A DNA stretch of 64,000 nt from Phoronis australis (taxonomy: Eukaryota > Animalia > Phoronida): assembly GCA_002633005.1 (NCBI GenBank), contig NMRA01000097.1, positions 161,426-225,425 on the forward strand. The letters are read 5' to 3'. The stretch's first letter is position 1. Every line of letters begins with the position of its first letter. Below are positions 1 through 14,340 of the stretch, one piece after another. Below the pieces are notes generated by a model. It did no database searches. It saw nothing but the letters and a program-made list of their open reading frames with translations, and was not told the origin of the DNA. The position numbers and the translations under genes are program-made.

Positions 1-3000
1 TTAGGATTCCCGCAAAGGTCGAATCCGAGGCGCGTGGCGCCGAAGGGGGGGGGGAGGTCGGGAGGGGGTTTCCCCCCTCCGTGTAAGACAATTGTTTTGT
101 TTTTGTAGCCAATAGTGAAATTTCCATGCATTCTGGTATGTTTCTGGCACTTGACATGTCTCTTGAGTTTTTCTTAAGATAATTTAAAACCCTTCTCGAT
201 TTCGTCGCATGAACGTGGCTCATAAGTTTCGTGAAACCATATTTGTGCACATCTGGGTATGAGTCACGCCACCAGCAAAAATTTTTGCTGGAACATCTGC
301 TTATACACACCTTTTCAGCATACGAAAAGTCGTATATGAAAAAGTGTGGTGTGTGGGGGGGGTGTTAGACAACTACCAAATATTCAAGCGCATAAGAAGC
401 ACCGACGGGGAGTAAAAAATTGAATATCAGATGATCGCGTAACAGCAGCCTCAAGTTGTTTAAGAACGAAGACCTGTACTGTTAGTCTGGAAATAAACAT
501 GTGTTCTGTTTCTTTATGAGAAAAACTGGCACACGATGGTGCTCTCAACACTAAACAATTAAGTATCAGTTTATTAAGCTGAAATACGTTGACAACAATT
601 GAAAAACGTCAAATGTATCTGGATACGAATCATCTGAAAACAGTTTCACGAAACCAAAACATTCTGTACATCGTGGTGAAAAGATAATCAGGACGACCAG
701 TTCGCAGAGGGACCAGATGTACACTGAAAGTACACAAAAACGCCTGGTCCATCACGAGACCAAAAGTACACCTGTGCTTATTATCCCTAGAAAAATAGTC
801 GATCTGTCGCGGGACCAAACAGTACTGGCTGAGATAAATAGTTTTACAAAGCACACTTTGGTGAAAAAACATCACAAGACTAGTTCGCGAGACCTAAAGC
901 GTACTATGCAAAACTTTTGAATTGAAAACCTCTCTCTAGACACTTTTAAATGCCCAGTGGTTGCTCATACGTGTATTTTATACATCTGGTCGTCAACTGC
1001 TGCGAGAGGTTGTCTAGGAAAGGTTTTCGCACCGTTCTGTAATACTCACTGGAAGAAACAAGTATTGAGTACAATTTTAACTACGCACTACGTGAAATTA
1101 ATTTTGGATATGAAGCAGATAGACTCAAGTGGAAATACAAACCAGAATCAGTTTTTGTGCGCTCGTAGACCAAAAATAATTTCTATTTCGTTTTCATTGT
1201 ACACAAGCATAAAAACGACATTATGTACAAACTGTGTAGAATTATAACTTATTACGTGGGTATTTATCCAGGAACGTTAGTCCTATCCTGCTGTTGTCTG
1301 GACTGCCGAGGAATCTGTATATCGCGGGATCCAATGGTTTGCTTGTCTTAGCACCATTCTGCCCAGACATCATCGATGTTTGTTCCCAACGCTTGCACTT
1401 CGTCAACTGCTGTGTCAATGAGCTTGTAAGCCTCTACAATGTCGTTTGGCAGCTCAATTGGCACTAAACCCCCTGAGGTTGCCAAGACCATTCAAAAGAC
1501 TTACATGCGCAACTAAATTTGATCCGTTCATCATGAACTACTTCAAACCTAGACGATGTATCCCAGGACCTTTTTGCATCTCTTGCCATTTTCGGAATAA
1601 ACGTCCCAATGTCTGAACGCTTGAAACCACAAGTACTGACATCAAATAAATGCCCATGGGCATGGGCGTTTCATCGGGTGGGCCTTTCTGCGGAAATCCC
1701 CAGTATAGAAGACGGCAGTGGTGCTTATTGCAAGTAGAAAGACGATAGGTATTGAGGTCGGAACTAGAGCTCCTTAGGAGGCCTATTGAACATCGCACGA
1801 GTCCCGCAAGACTTTGTTGTAAAAATACAGCCTCCCCGCAATTTCTGCTACTGTACACTGTTCGCAAATGCAGTCAATTTGTCAATGTGAGTGCCCCCTT
1901 GGTCATTCTTTGTATAGACATAACTTGTTAGAGTGCATCTTCAAACGGTTCCGCGACCAGACCACGGCGCCATGTAATGCGCAAGACAACTTTACTATAC
2001 ACCAGTCAAATTCGATTTACAAACGTGTGGGGTATAATGGGCACGGCATGACAGATGAGGTAAACACGTTGCACGTCAATTTGCCTGAATATCAGGTTTG
2101 CGGCACCACAGTATTTCTCCTAATCAAATCAAATTATATCTTAGAGTAAAGAAGCTAGTTATCTAAAGAAATCAGCTATAGAGCTGCTCTTTCAGCGGTG
2201 AATCCATCTAAAATGCTTGGCAACTTCAGAGGTGTCGACGGAAGCGCGCTGACAATTGGTCTCCGCGCGTTTTGCCGATGAGCCACGAAGACTCAAAATG
2301 CGTTGATTTTCATAACAGCAATTTGCAATGCAAAAAATTTTATTTTCAGAGTGAACCCCCCCCCCTCATTTTTTCCAAGTTGGTTTACTTGGGGTTTACA
2401 CACGCTGGTGGTTTCGTTTTTGTTTTGGTGACGACGTTTTTGTTGTTTTTTTCTTAATTTTGTGTCCTGGCCCAAGGGGGGGTTTAAGCCCCCTGAACCC
2501 CCCTACCCGTAGATCTGCCACTGAATTGTATGCAAAATGTTAAGGATTTAAGAAATGTTAGCCAACCTAGAGATGGGGTAGCTTAAAATATATGTCTTAA
2601 CTGCTTCAACGTTTGAAGTGTGACCTTCCATCAGAGGCCTTTGTAGCGTTGCTGATTTTCTCACTGAAGCCACAGTAATCAGGTGGTTATTGGGCTACAC
2701 AAAAAATTATATCAACGTTTCGTGCCAAAACGTACCCCCGTAATAATTTGTTCCTATTTCATAAAACAAATGACCGGTATGCTTAGACTGGAAAATGGGT
2801 GCAATACATGTAGCTATGTCCGTCAGAATGATTGTCATTGCATCAGGTTTTATAAGTTTCACACAAAGTTCTACCGATCCATGTTTTTCTCCGACACTTT
2901 TAAAAACACAGGTACATGTACACTGTACAAAGAGTACTTTCATGAAAGAAAATATCAATGGTAACCTAAATCCGCCACTACATATTCTATAAACGGCTGA

Positions 3001-4758
3001 TCGGATTCACATGAAACTTTCATATAGTCTTGTTTGGCAAAAGGTGTTAGAAGGTGTTTCAGATGTTCATACTTGAGAGAATATCAAAATGGGCATTGTC
3101 ATGGAATTAAAGCGAATAATATTTCAGAAAATTGCTCAATCGTTTTTGTGATTTTACGCCGTGTGTTAAACCAATCTAAATTTGGTCGTGTATGGATGAA
3201 TATATTTGGGCATGTGACTGCCAAAGAATGGAATCTTGGTAAAAAGTCATGAAACATATTCTAGTTGCTTTCTGATTTCAAAAAAATGTAAACCTGTTTG
3301 TAGATTTTTAACTAACTACACATACGTACCAAAAACGTCCTTTTAAACTTTAAACTCGATACTTTTCACATACATGAGTGAAATGGAAAATGGTATTCAT
3401 GCAATATTCAGGTGAAACTACTAGCGAAACCTTTTAGCTGCTCCTACTCCTTTGTCAGGGCCCACTAATTTCCATGTAACAGCTGTAACGTTATATATAA
3501 ATATACTGATAACTAAAACAAAGTGATCACCCTGTGTCCTGCAACAGTTAATCAGTGTCGTAACTTAAATATGCATAGTTTTGTTGTGATTGTTAATTTG
3601 GCGAATGCTAGCGTGACCCCTGGTGGACGGGTCTGTAGAGCACTAGGAAGCAATTTAACTTTTCATTAGATGAAATCTTTGTTTCGTATCGAAATTTGTA
3701 AACAAATGTATAACGAATTCCAGTGGGAGGGAGAAGAAAACATATGTAAGGATTTACCCCAACACTTGATATTATTTTGTATAGTATTTTTTCTGGTTTT
3801 TAGCATAGCATTAGGTTGACCATCCATCCATAACGCAATTCTAGTATTTTTTGTAGGTCTAAATTATCCCTTTCCTCCATCCTCCCCGGCCCCAGTCTTT
3901 GTCTTTCCCTGTGCCCTCCATTGGCAATATCAGTATCGCACGTACATGTTTGCCTAAGGTTGTATTTCTATGATACTTGGCATACAGATTTCTTATTTGG
4001 TGACGACAAAACTTTCTTTGCGTCTGTCTTTATGTTTGTCCGTTGTGCGTAATCTTGAAATCCAGCTTAATCTCAAGATCGCGTATGCGATGTTCTTGGA
4101 ATTGAATAGTCATTAAGGCAATCGGTCACATTTTTGTTCAGAATCAAAATGTTTGCAATTATTGGTCTTACGATCATTTTTCTTTCTTTCTAATTTGTAT
4201 CACAGAATCGGAGAAATGTTTGAGTGGATAACCAGTTGTTGTGTGATGATTAGGGTCGCCAATAGTTGAAAAAAGTCTTAAAGGTTGATAAAAAGTTTTA
4301 TTACATGTACTTTAGAAACGTGAACGTACATGTGTATTTTAAGTTCACACAGACCCGAATTTGAGATTAAGTAGGATTCAAAGTTAACCTACAGAATATC
4401 AAGTTAAAGATGAATAAATTGTTATCCCGTGGACTGTAATCATGCCCGTTTTCTGACGGATTTGACCTACGTTACATCACCCAGTGGCCGTTTTAGTATT
4501 TTCTACACCGTGTGAAAAATGTCGTAAGGTGCGCAGAAACGTTGCAGAATTGCGCAGCACATTTTGTCTCATTTGGGCTGGACTTACATGTATGATGTCA
4601 CCACTGATGACATTTTAACTTGTTTATAATTTAGTACTAAGGAACACCCTCAGAAACACACAATTTGCACTACAGTCGTGGTTGTATGTCGCTGCTCTGT
4701 GTTGCTTTTTTAATTATTTATGCAGAAACATGCTTACTGCACCTGTATGCTATTTCAG

Positions 4759-5103
4759 TTGGACCCAGCGAAGTGACACTACGAGTTGATGGAGCATCAT
4801 TGAATCGATCCCAGAGTACTCTTGTTTTGCATTACCGCCAGATATACACAATCACGTGCTGGACAGATGGCGCTCACCCGCAACCGGAAATTGTGTTAAC
4901 GTTGACTAGAAGGGACTCGCCCAATAATACAGCTACAACTGTCTTAAAAGGTCCTGCGTCCGGAAAGGGTCATTTGTTTTACACAACAAATCTGGCAGTG
5001 TCAGCAAACCTCAATGTCCACCGACAGCAGCTGCAATGCGTGGCTAAGAACACAGAGGTGGCTTCATTTGTGACATCTTCTCAAGTGGAAACCGCTCTCC
5101 GAG
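4759..5103 (+). CDS. Ig-TSP1-TM receptor gene, first visible exon; Ig-like domain 1 (type B, 'GP' start)
   Basis: tttcAG|TT GGA CCC acceptor and CGA G|GTATGT donor; 345 nt, phase 1/1. Reads xGPSEVTL...YTITCWTDGAHPQPEIVL...LQCVAKNTEV, with the two Ig cysteines. Confidence 0.85.
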
Positions 5104-5949
5104 GTATGTTCCTGATTAAACTTCACCGCTGTCTTACCTCCAACACGTCGACATGCACGCTGTTTTAAATGATTGCATTTCGAATTTTGCTTAAAACTTA
5201 CCGGTATGTCTGCTCTTTTCAAGTAGCAGTTATGAATGGTTTGGATAATGAAAATATGCAGGAGTGAGAGCAAATGATTAAGCCATCGAATAATGAACAA
5301 GAGCAATTTTTATACCTTGACAAAATACATCCTCCTTTTCAAACCGTCATCAAATAAAAATGAATTTTCGAAAGTATACACCACAATCGAAAATCGGAAA
5401 TTATTCCGTGTACTGCTTGGGTAACTCTGTCGATGTGGAGATGCTAGACAGAATGAATTACATGTACATTACACATGAGGCGAGGCAGAATTAAGGATTC
5501 GATAATATCTTTTTCATGAAACTAATTATAATGTTAGATGCAGTTTTTGAGATAAAAATGAAAGCAATGCAATCGTTTGATGTCGAAATGATCACTCTAA
5601 ATACCGATGTTTCGACGGTTTTAGACCGAGTGCCCAGAACCCCTAGATGAACGAAGTGCAAACAGGTTACATCATGATCACCGAAAATGCACATCGGTAT
5701 GTACAGTGTACAGAAACGGCCGGGTTATTCAGCTGTCTGCACTACGGGTCATACAATTTGTGGCCATTGCAAGGGTAGAGAGTCAAGGCAGTAGCCATAA
5801 CTGATATAGAATGAGTACTTATTGTCCGATGATAAAAGGCACTCCGGGCATTTTGCTCCAGAAACCCAAGACGTGACCCAAAATGATAGTACCTCAAAGC
5901 GTACCATAGGTACAATACAAAGAGATTACATAAACTACTAAATGGAATA

Positions 5950-7000
5950 CGGCAGAGGAGATGCACTTCAGGTTTGTCCCTCCAGAAATCCTGAAACATA
6001 GGACCTACAGAATGGTAAGATAAGCTTGTTGGGGTACCAGAAGAAATTGCACACATCATCAATACCGAATCATGACTGTGTAAGAGATCATTCACAACGA
6101 CAGTTTTGCTTGACACAGGACAGGGCTATTTGAGCGAGGTTATCGGCACTGTCGTTTGGTGGATGGTAACGGTTTCACGTTTTCCGTTTTTCTTGCTTGT
6201 TTCACAGGCTACCACCCGGGAGATGGTGGACATAATCATTTTCAGGGACCATCAACGTCGCCGATGACAAGATCGTGTGATGTTTGAAAGACATTGATCA
6301 AGCGACTAGTCCAAATTCAGGAAAGTGCATCTTCAAGTCGGTACAAATGAGCGTAATCAGTAGGATCTATTCTGCTGACGTTGTGAAATCAGAACCACAA
6401 AAAACCCACCTGGAATGTCCAGGTAAAAAATTCAGTAAATTTGAGGGACCTTACACGTTATCAGGCCAAATGTACCCGGACATCCACCCACCAGGAAGTG
6501 CTCCAATAAGCTAAGGATAACACAAGGAACACGGTTACGCTGAACTCCTTGAAGCCAAAATCAGAACCTCCAACATGGGTGGATGCAAGTTGCAGCACTT
6601 ATTCAGATTTATGAAGATGGTCATCGCGTTTGCATCGATATTACTAATGCCGGCTAAGCAATGCCACATTAACACTTAGCGCGTACTTCTCGTTCTACGG
6701 AATGATCAGACACTAATCCTTTATTGTTCAGCTCAACGACGCTCTGTACAACTCCGCCACAACGTTAAGTGAAACGACTTCATCACTATGACATCTACAT
6801 GCGTATCAAAATACAGGCCTGGGACAACGATTCTCTTAGCTGTCGTTCTTTATTGACTAAACGTCTAAAATCGTAGCATGCAGGACAGAACAACATGGAG
6901 ATAAGGCAATTCATTGAGATCTGAACGGAAGACGAGGGAAGTATGCAAGCGCTGAACTCATGATGCTGCAATTGTGGTGCCATGGTGGCCTCCGACAATA
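5950..7000 (+). mobile_element. Heavily decayed Ty3/Gypsy LTR-retrotransposon pol remnant (RT and RNase H) in an intron
   Basis: Ordered motif remnants across frameshifts and stops: LDTGQGY (~6109), GTINVADD (6245-6268), NSGKC...IYSADVVKSEPQK (~6314-6403), VDAS (~6579), IAFAS...RVLL (~6623), KYRPGTTILLA (~6809). Boundaries approximate. Confidence 0.65.
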
Positions 7001-8394
7001 CATGTGTGACAAAGCACTTTCACCCAATTGGAGCTCAGAGTACTGTATTTCCGTGTATGATAGCCATGTTTAGAGGGGTCAGAAGCTTACGATTATTGAA
7101 GTCCTTTCCAAGGTCATACACGACATACTATAGGTAACAAAAGTGTCGAAAAACAGGCTTATGAGCAGGACATACATGTATATCTATTGACGAGTGATCG
7201 ACAGGAAGACGTAATTTTGAGTAGCCGTATACAAGATTTCTTCATGATGCAGTATTCGTCTACAAAAGATGACCATGGCAAAGAGTTGGCACACTCACGT
7301 TTAGCTTACTCTAGTAGTCAGATGACGATTTTGAGAAGTTTATCCTCTTAAACAAGTCATTAATTTATCGATGAATTGAAATTGGTTTTGGTGATCTTAG
7401 TTTACCAGAGCGTATGTTTTGTAGCGGTAGTCTTTGATAGTCCAGGAAAGGATTTTACCATTTCAGCCAAACTTGGTAGTTTTCTTGTTTAAAAACGCTA
7501 TGCCCTGACACCCACAGTACAGGTACATGTATATGGGATTTGTTCGAAATGCATGGGCGTCGCATCACTGAAAAAGTGTGGTCAATAGCAATATTTTTTA
7601 TTAATCTTTGACCGTCCTTTTCTAGACTCATGCAGTAGGTCAAAATAACTGTGGAATGTTCCGTGTATTTTTATTCTCTTAATTCTTCATGCGTTTACCG
7701 TTGGACAACTTGTACATGTATTGATGCCTTTTCCAATCGCGACACTTAGGTTTTATTACCACACTGTAATGCAATATTTGGTGAAATAACATGTTAAAGA
7801 CCACTTCAAATCAACCCTAAAAATAATAGATTTTGATTTAACTAGTTATCTAGTGTTTGAGTAATTGTGTCTTGTGGAAAAGAAGAAAAGAAGAAAACAA
7901 ACGTTCGATCAAGCAGGAATCATTTCGGAAGTCATAAAAGTGGGTCAGTTGAGCCGCATGACTCAACCTTTTGGTGTCAGTTTGGAATAAACGCTTAACT
8001 GCAAACCAGAAAAGTAAAGTCTCATTGATATAAATATGCTGACGTATAAGACGTTCATTCCGGTGCTAACACTGTTGTTTTGGTCCATGGCTTTGGTTTT
8101 GAAGGCTTGGCTAGCACCGATCTAGTGTTAGAATCTGAATAAAGTGGAAATTATTAGTGACAAAGTATGAGGTTGATGAAAGCCAATTTGATGTTCCCAC
8201 TGACTTCAAATAGGAGATCACAGTGCCTCTTAGTAAAACTAGTGACGCGGGGTAAGGGACCGAACAAAGCCTTGACATTGTTTTAAATTCTTTGTTCCTA
8301 GAAAGCGTTCAAGACCTTCAAAGTTATTAATCCCCTCTTTAGTAGAAACGTTTATGAAATCACGTGTACATTGCATATCGAACGTGCGTTGCAG

Positions 8395-8745
8395 CCTCGA
8401 AAGCAGAGATAAACATCAAGGTAAAACGGTGCAAGCCAAGCTGTTCAACAATAGAGCAAAATGTCATTGGCCATCTATCGGTACCTTTGACAAGTTCTAT
8501 CGATTACGTTATCGAGTGTAGTATAGAGACAGTGTTCGAAACGTGTGAGGTTGACATGGAACCTTATTCTCCTGATGGCCCAGTAGTTACGCACAACATT
8601 GGCCAGTCGAGTAAGGTGAAGCGCTCTGTACAACACAGGTTTACCGCGTCCGCAGCAAATAACCAGAAGCAAGTCACTTGCATAGTGTCACATCCAATCG
8701 TGACGGAGGTGGATTCAAATAGGACGATAAACCTAACAGTTTGGT
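8395..8745 (+). CDS. Receptor exon, Ig-like domain 2 (type A)
   Basis: gcAG|CC acceptor and TGG T|GTAAGT donor; 351 nt, phase 1/1. YVIECS...VTCIVSHPIVTEVDSNRTINLTVW. Confidence 0.88.
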
Positions 8746-9025
8746 GTAAGTACATGTCCTAACACAAGTTGTCTGCACATGTTAGCAATTATGCTTAAAG
8801 ATTTTTTCACAGCATTATTATCTTTAGACTTGAGAATTTATTGGACACCCGTTATGTAAATTGTTTACAACTATAATGTCAATTCCGAATAAATTTTTGA
8901 TCCTTCCGAAAAGAAACAATATAGCACGTCACAAAACAAACTTTATAGCAGTCTATGATCTAGTAAAACGAGGTCTACTGGACATATAGACAAATGTCAA
9001 CTGTTCTCTTCACTTTATTCTTCAG

Positions 9026-9400
9026 TTGGACCCACAACTTTATCCATAAACACCAACAAAGGACGGGTAAATAACCAAGGCGTTTTTTACCTTCGGTACT
9101 CCGACAGTTACCAACTAACCTGTTTCACTGACAGCATCAGCACTGGTGCAAATTTCACTTTTGGCTTCTTGGTTGGCCAATCCGTGAATTCCAGTTCGCA
9201 TGTTCAGTCCCAGTTTGGTAGCGCCACAGTTTCACCAGTCTCCGCAGCCCCGCAGTCGGATGGTGGTAAAGTCTACTCACGGAGCCTAGATTTCCAAGCG
9301 GCACTGTCTGTGCATGATCAAGACATTTTTTGCTCGTCGGAAAACGTGAACTTGTCATCCCTGTTTTCTAAGCAAAAGACGATTCGGACACGCATTTCTG
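9026..9400 (+). CDS. Receptor exon, Ig-like domain 3 (type B), with a GC splice donor
   Basis: ttcttcAG|TT GGA CCC acceptor; open frame FGPTTLSI...YQLTCFTDS...IFCSSENVN...RTRIS; ends TCT G|GCAAGT; 375 nt, phase 1/1. Confidence 0.82.
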
Positions 9401-9756
9401 GCAAGTTTTGAGATAGCTTGAAATACGTGTACACGTAATTTTTGATGAGATGTCGAAATTTGTCTTGCTTTGCTTAAGTTATGGCGACAATTGAGAAAGG
9501 AATCACAAAACAACGTTTAATCTTCAAACTCAGACTCAAACCAGATGCAGACATCGAGTCACCCTGCTCAATTTCAGTACACATTTGCATGTTTTCTGGA
9601 AATCGAAACATATAGAAGAAAGGGCTTCTCATTTATTTTGTGTAGCCTGCAGCGTACACACGGCACATGTACTTGTAAATAATGCCTTGCCAAGAAAACG
9701 TTTTGATTTATTTTTTGTTTTCGAGCGGCTCACCCCGTTACTGGTTGTCTCTTCAG

Positions 9757-10101
9757 CTACACCTGCGAAATTGACAATAACGGTACAAGACAGTGATCAC
9801 AATACCATCTACAATATATCAGACGGTGGTCAGTCAGTGCATCTGATCAATGGGGAGGTATATTGCATTGCATGTGACACGGTCAGTGACCTTCCCGCGG
9901 TAAACATCACGTGGGGTGTCCAGCTCGGGTCTCTCCCACGACAGGTCAATGTGTCGTTGTCCAGCCGAAACCATCGATTTTCGTCCAGTTTTTTGCTCAA
10001 CGCAACCTCGTCTGCAAACCTTGTTAGTTTGGAATGTATGGCGTCCCACCGAGTGGTCCAGACACTCAATTCTAACATTGTTGTCATCATGCATGTATTC
10101 T
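9757..10101 (+). CDS. Receptor exon, Ig-like domain 4 (type A)
   Basis: cttcAG|CT acceptor and TTC T|GTGAGT donor; 345 nt. IACDTVSDLPAVNITW...LECMASHRVV. Confidence 0.88.
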
Positions 10102-10421
10102 GTGAGTATCACAAGGACAAAGGTAGACTTTCCACCGATACTGATCGGCACAGATAATTATCTGGTCTCTTAAAGTTGCTTAAAACAACTTCACCTGGAT
10201 GTTCTTGGTGTATTTCGTTTCGTTACCTGTTTACTAGATTAAACATTGCCAACAAGGCAGCATACATGTATTAAGATTAAAGGGCCGGTGAAATATCCCA
10301 TATTAATTTTTGATGGGAACCACTTGGGTGCCCATTAGCTAATAGATAGCGCGTGATCTAGAGAAGTTTAAGCTGCTGGTTCTCTGTGTAGCAGTATTAT
10401 GTGGACATGGTATTATTTCAG

Positions 10422-10769
10422 TTGGTTCCACGACATTAGAGGTAACGCGTGTGTCCACCAACGAGCAGATCTCTGCTGGCAGATACGGCCTTCAAGTCGA
10501 AGAAGACTACGAAATTAAGTGTGCTACAGACAATGTTTACCGTGATGCTTTGTTGAGTTTCAATATACAAGGCAGTCACTTGCTACCAGAACATTACCGA
10601 TTCTCAGGTGTTCTCCACCAGGTGGCGCGCCATGGCAGCCGTAAAATATACAGAACATTGACGTTTAAAGCCGTAACGAATTTTCACGATTCCTCGCTTT
10701 CGTGTCAAGCCACAAATGTCAATGTGTCCAGATTTAACTACACATTTCGAACCACTTTCTTCATCAGAA
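10422..10769 (+). CDS. Receptor exon, Ig-like domain 5 (type B)
   Basis: tttcAG|TT GGT acceptor and AGA A|GTACGC donor; 348 nt. YEIKCATDNVY...LSCQATNVN. Confidence 0.83.
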
Positions 10770-11210
10770 GTACGCTTTGATAATTGATTGCGATGACATA
10801 AAATATGCAACTTCCAATACAATGAAAGTGCCGAAAGGCGCTCTAGTACATGTATGATATCCATGGCAACATTAACGTTTTTTATTAATAGGTCAAAACA
10901 TGTTTGTTCATGTATATAGCACTCGCTTTAAGCGTTTTGAAAACTTCTTGTTGCAGGAGAACTCGGTAAACAGGTGTCAGCGCTTTCCCTTCGATAGCAT
11001 TTTAAAAATGATTTTTGAAAATTTTGTTGCTTTGCTACAACAAATAAACTGTTGAAATGAATTAGTTTCTAGTAAATTTAGTATGATTTATCGACGACAT
11101 GCCAATAGAAAATATTCAGCTAAAGATCTGATTCTCGTAAGTTAAATGTCCGTTAAACTCAACATTACAACCATTCTTTGGCCAACACAGTTCGATTCTA
11201 TTTCATCTAG

Positions 11211-11561
11211 CGTCGAATGCGACACAGGACGGCATCATTATGTCAATCAGTGTGTTTAACAACCAATGGCAACCACACGAGTCCGACATCAGCGGCCGAC
11301 TCAGTAATCCACTCACAGACGGCAGAAAATATAGGTTCGATTGTAAGCGAACGCTCCCATTTGAGGTGGAAGTGAGCATCACCGCAGGTACTTTTCTCAA
11401 GATGAAGGATATGAGGGGCTTCGACACAGGACAAGAGTACCACCGCGAGTTCTCGTTCACAGCTAGCAAGGAGCAAAATAACCAGACGGTCGCATGTAAC
11501 GTTAGTCACCCTCATGTGACGGATGTCAACACCGTACGTTCTGTCACTCTCGTTGTATATT
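11211..11561 (+). CDS. Receptor exon, Ig-like domain 6 (type A)
   Basis: tctAG|CG acceptor and TAT T|GTAAGT donor; 351 nt. YRFDCK...VACNVSHPHVTDVNTVRSVTLVVY. Confidence 0.88.
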
Positions 11562-12314
11562 GTAAGTAAGATTGCCATAAATCATTGACATAAAATAAGG
11601 TTATATTCCTGGTGACAATGTTCATTTTTTATCGCCTGTGGACTGCGGATGTACATGTACATGTAGGCGTGCCTTCTCTGATTTTATTTGTTGGTTATGC
11701 TGCGTAAGTATTGGGTGCCCACTTGGCACTATCTGTGGCTACTAACGCATCCATAGTCATGAATTGTAATAAAGGACTGGCTAGTTTTTGAAGAAATAGT
11801 TCAGGCATGTCGGCATACGGGTGGAGACACCGCCAAAAAGTGCGGTAAACTTATTCCCCTACGTACATACGTGTACATGTATGTATATCGCTGGGGACTA
11901 TTGGGTAGGCAATGTCCAGCTTTCAGTTAAGACTTATCTAGTTTGGCGAAGGTAGGAAGCTAAACCTTATCATTGCAGCGATTGAAGGATCCCCTAAACT
12001 TCATGGTGGTGGATTTTTGATCTGCACTTGTAAAGGTAGCGCTTCCACTACCCTATCTAAATCCGCTTAAATATGCAGTCAAAGTAGTTATACGTTGGGT
12101 GAACTTTTTGCCCAACCCTGCGTAAATGCGCCGCGTTGTTGTCGCACCATGCTTTTTTGATAACAGCCCACCTTTTTAACAGTACAGTATATGTGGATAA
12201 CAGCTTTGCAATCTCGTCAAATTTTAATAAAGCTCAAATTCATTTAAAATGGTACCAGAACCTAGTGAACTTGACAACAATCCAATTGGTCAACTGTTGT
12301 TTATAAATTGCCAG

Positions 12315-12692
12315 TTGGTCCAGAGCAGCTATTCATAGAGAGGAACTCTCAACTGATCAACGCCTCGTCTGGTCTCGATCTGGTTTACGGTAGATCGGAA
12401 GATTTGACATGCACAACAGACAGCGTCTACCAAAACGTCACCATGGAGTTCGGATTTCTATTACCAGATGGCAACCGAATTGCTAATACTCAGGCAGAGA
12501 TGAAAGCCTTCGGTAAAGGATCATTGGAGCCCTTGAAATTTCGCTCGGGCATTTGCAGTGGGCAAGAATATATAGCCAAGTTGCGATTCTTAGCCGATTC
12601 ATCGGTTCATCGTCAAACTATCAAGTGTTATTCTCTTAATGTCGCAGACCCCGCGCTGCAGGAGGAAGAATATATTGATGTACGGATCCAAG
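12315..12692 (+). CDS. Receptor exon, Ig-like domain 7 (type B)
   Basis: ccAG|TT GGT CCA acceptor and CAA G|GTAAAT donor; 378 nt. LTCTTDSVYQNVT...IKCYSLNV. Confidence 0.87.
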
Positions 12693-13974
12693 GTAAATTA
12701 ATGGATAATTTTGTATAAAGTAAAATTCATTGTCTAACAGGTTTCCGTGATCTGTATCCCTTTAGATCATACACTTGTATTACACGAATTGTAAAGTAAT
12801 TATCCATGATTATATTTTGAGGCATCCCTATACACAATATCTTACGACTGACCTCGCACTTGTTGCACTGAAGACATGCATAATGGCTTGGGTCTAATCT
12901 TTATATCCGTAGTCGAAATTATGTTTTGGCATTTTTCTTTCCACTTTGGCGTGATCTCGGGGCAAAGGGATTGTTGCTTTTTGCCCTAGTACATTGTGTT
13001 TTGTTTTTGTTTGTGACCACAATCCACGATCGCCCATAAGGATTTTCCCATTGGAAGCACTGAGAACTGATGGAGCTACCCCCATTATAAATAACACAGT
13101 AATTAATTAATAAATAAATCACCAAGAACAATATTTTTTGAATTTAGACGGCTGCGTCACCGCGTTCAAGCATATTTTGGTAAATATAATATCAAAAGGA
13201 TTACTTTTTTCTACATTGGGATTAGGCACAATTTCCATTGTTTTGCGACAATAGCTTATTTATGAAAAAATTATATTTTTTGGGTTCAAATACACTGTAC
13301 ATTGTATTAACATTTGTTCAGTATTCATTCCTTTTTCTTGGATATTGTAATGCGCTAAAAAGAGCAGCGCGAAGTCAAATTTCACACCGACGCCATACCA
13401 AGCTTGAGAACAGGCATACCCACAAGTTTGGTCATTACATGTATACATGTATGTGATTCAATTCGCCGTAGAACCATAAATCGGAATTTGTTGAGCAAAC
13501 CTCTTGTCTAGCATAAGTTACTTACACTGAAAAAAACGTTTTTGTCACAGTCCCATGAACGTACACGGTGATGCATCTGCCATCTATTGAAATACATGTA
13601 CAGCAGTAACCGTGATCTAGAAATCCAACCGCTCTTGAGAAGAACCAATTAGACTACCAGATGTGAGGTTGTTTAGCGAACCCCAATTTTTCATTTTTAT
13701 AGCAAGCACAAAGGAGCATAAATTAAGCCATTATAGTATAGCGTTGTCTGTGACACTCATAACAAAATCCGGACATCATGCAGCGAATTTAAAGTGTTTT
13801 CAAAAAGAGTTTAAGGTATTTACTGACAGCATTTCAGTAGCAAACGAACGTGTATTTCACATTTTGCGAGAAGTGATTCTGTTCAGGCGTTTGTAACGGA
13901 AAAACTAAATCCATGACTCTGTCGGTTTTCAGATACGTTCTGGTCCTTTTTTCGTTCAACCTTTGGTATTTCAG

Positions 13975-14340
13975 TGCCGTCTGTTAAAATGGAAATCAGT
14001 ATTGTTAGTGTGACTGGATTTCACCACTATGTCAGATCAGACTCCGACAATATCGCGAATCCTCTCGAGCGCGGGGTAAATTATACAGTCACTTGTACAG
14101 CACGAACCCTAATCCCGGCCATGAATATGACGTGGGACTTACGCGTTGAAAACTGGGAAAAAGCCCTCATTGCGTCTTACGATATGAAAGAGACTCCTGA
14201 TGCGGGTGAAGTGGAATACTTTAGGAATTTCACTTTTACTGCTATTGAACCTGTTAACGACCAACATCTAACCTGCCGGCTATTACACTCTGTTATAACA
14301 GAGATAGATGCCCGCCAAACCGTCAAACCTGAAGTCTTGT
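13975..14340 (+). CDS. Receptor exon, Ig-like domain 8 (type A)
   Basis: tttcAG|TG acceptor and TTG T|GTAAGT donor; 366 nt. YTVTCTARTLIPAMNMTW...LTCRLLHSVITEID. Confidence 0.88.

Noticed and set aside
630-3300. Short ORFs as a signal-peptide or 5' exon of the receptor
   Set aside because: No convincing signal peptide with a phase-1 donor; the region looks repeat-derived and the 5' end probably lies upstream of the window.
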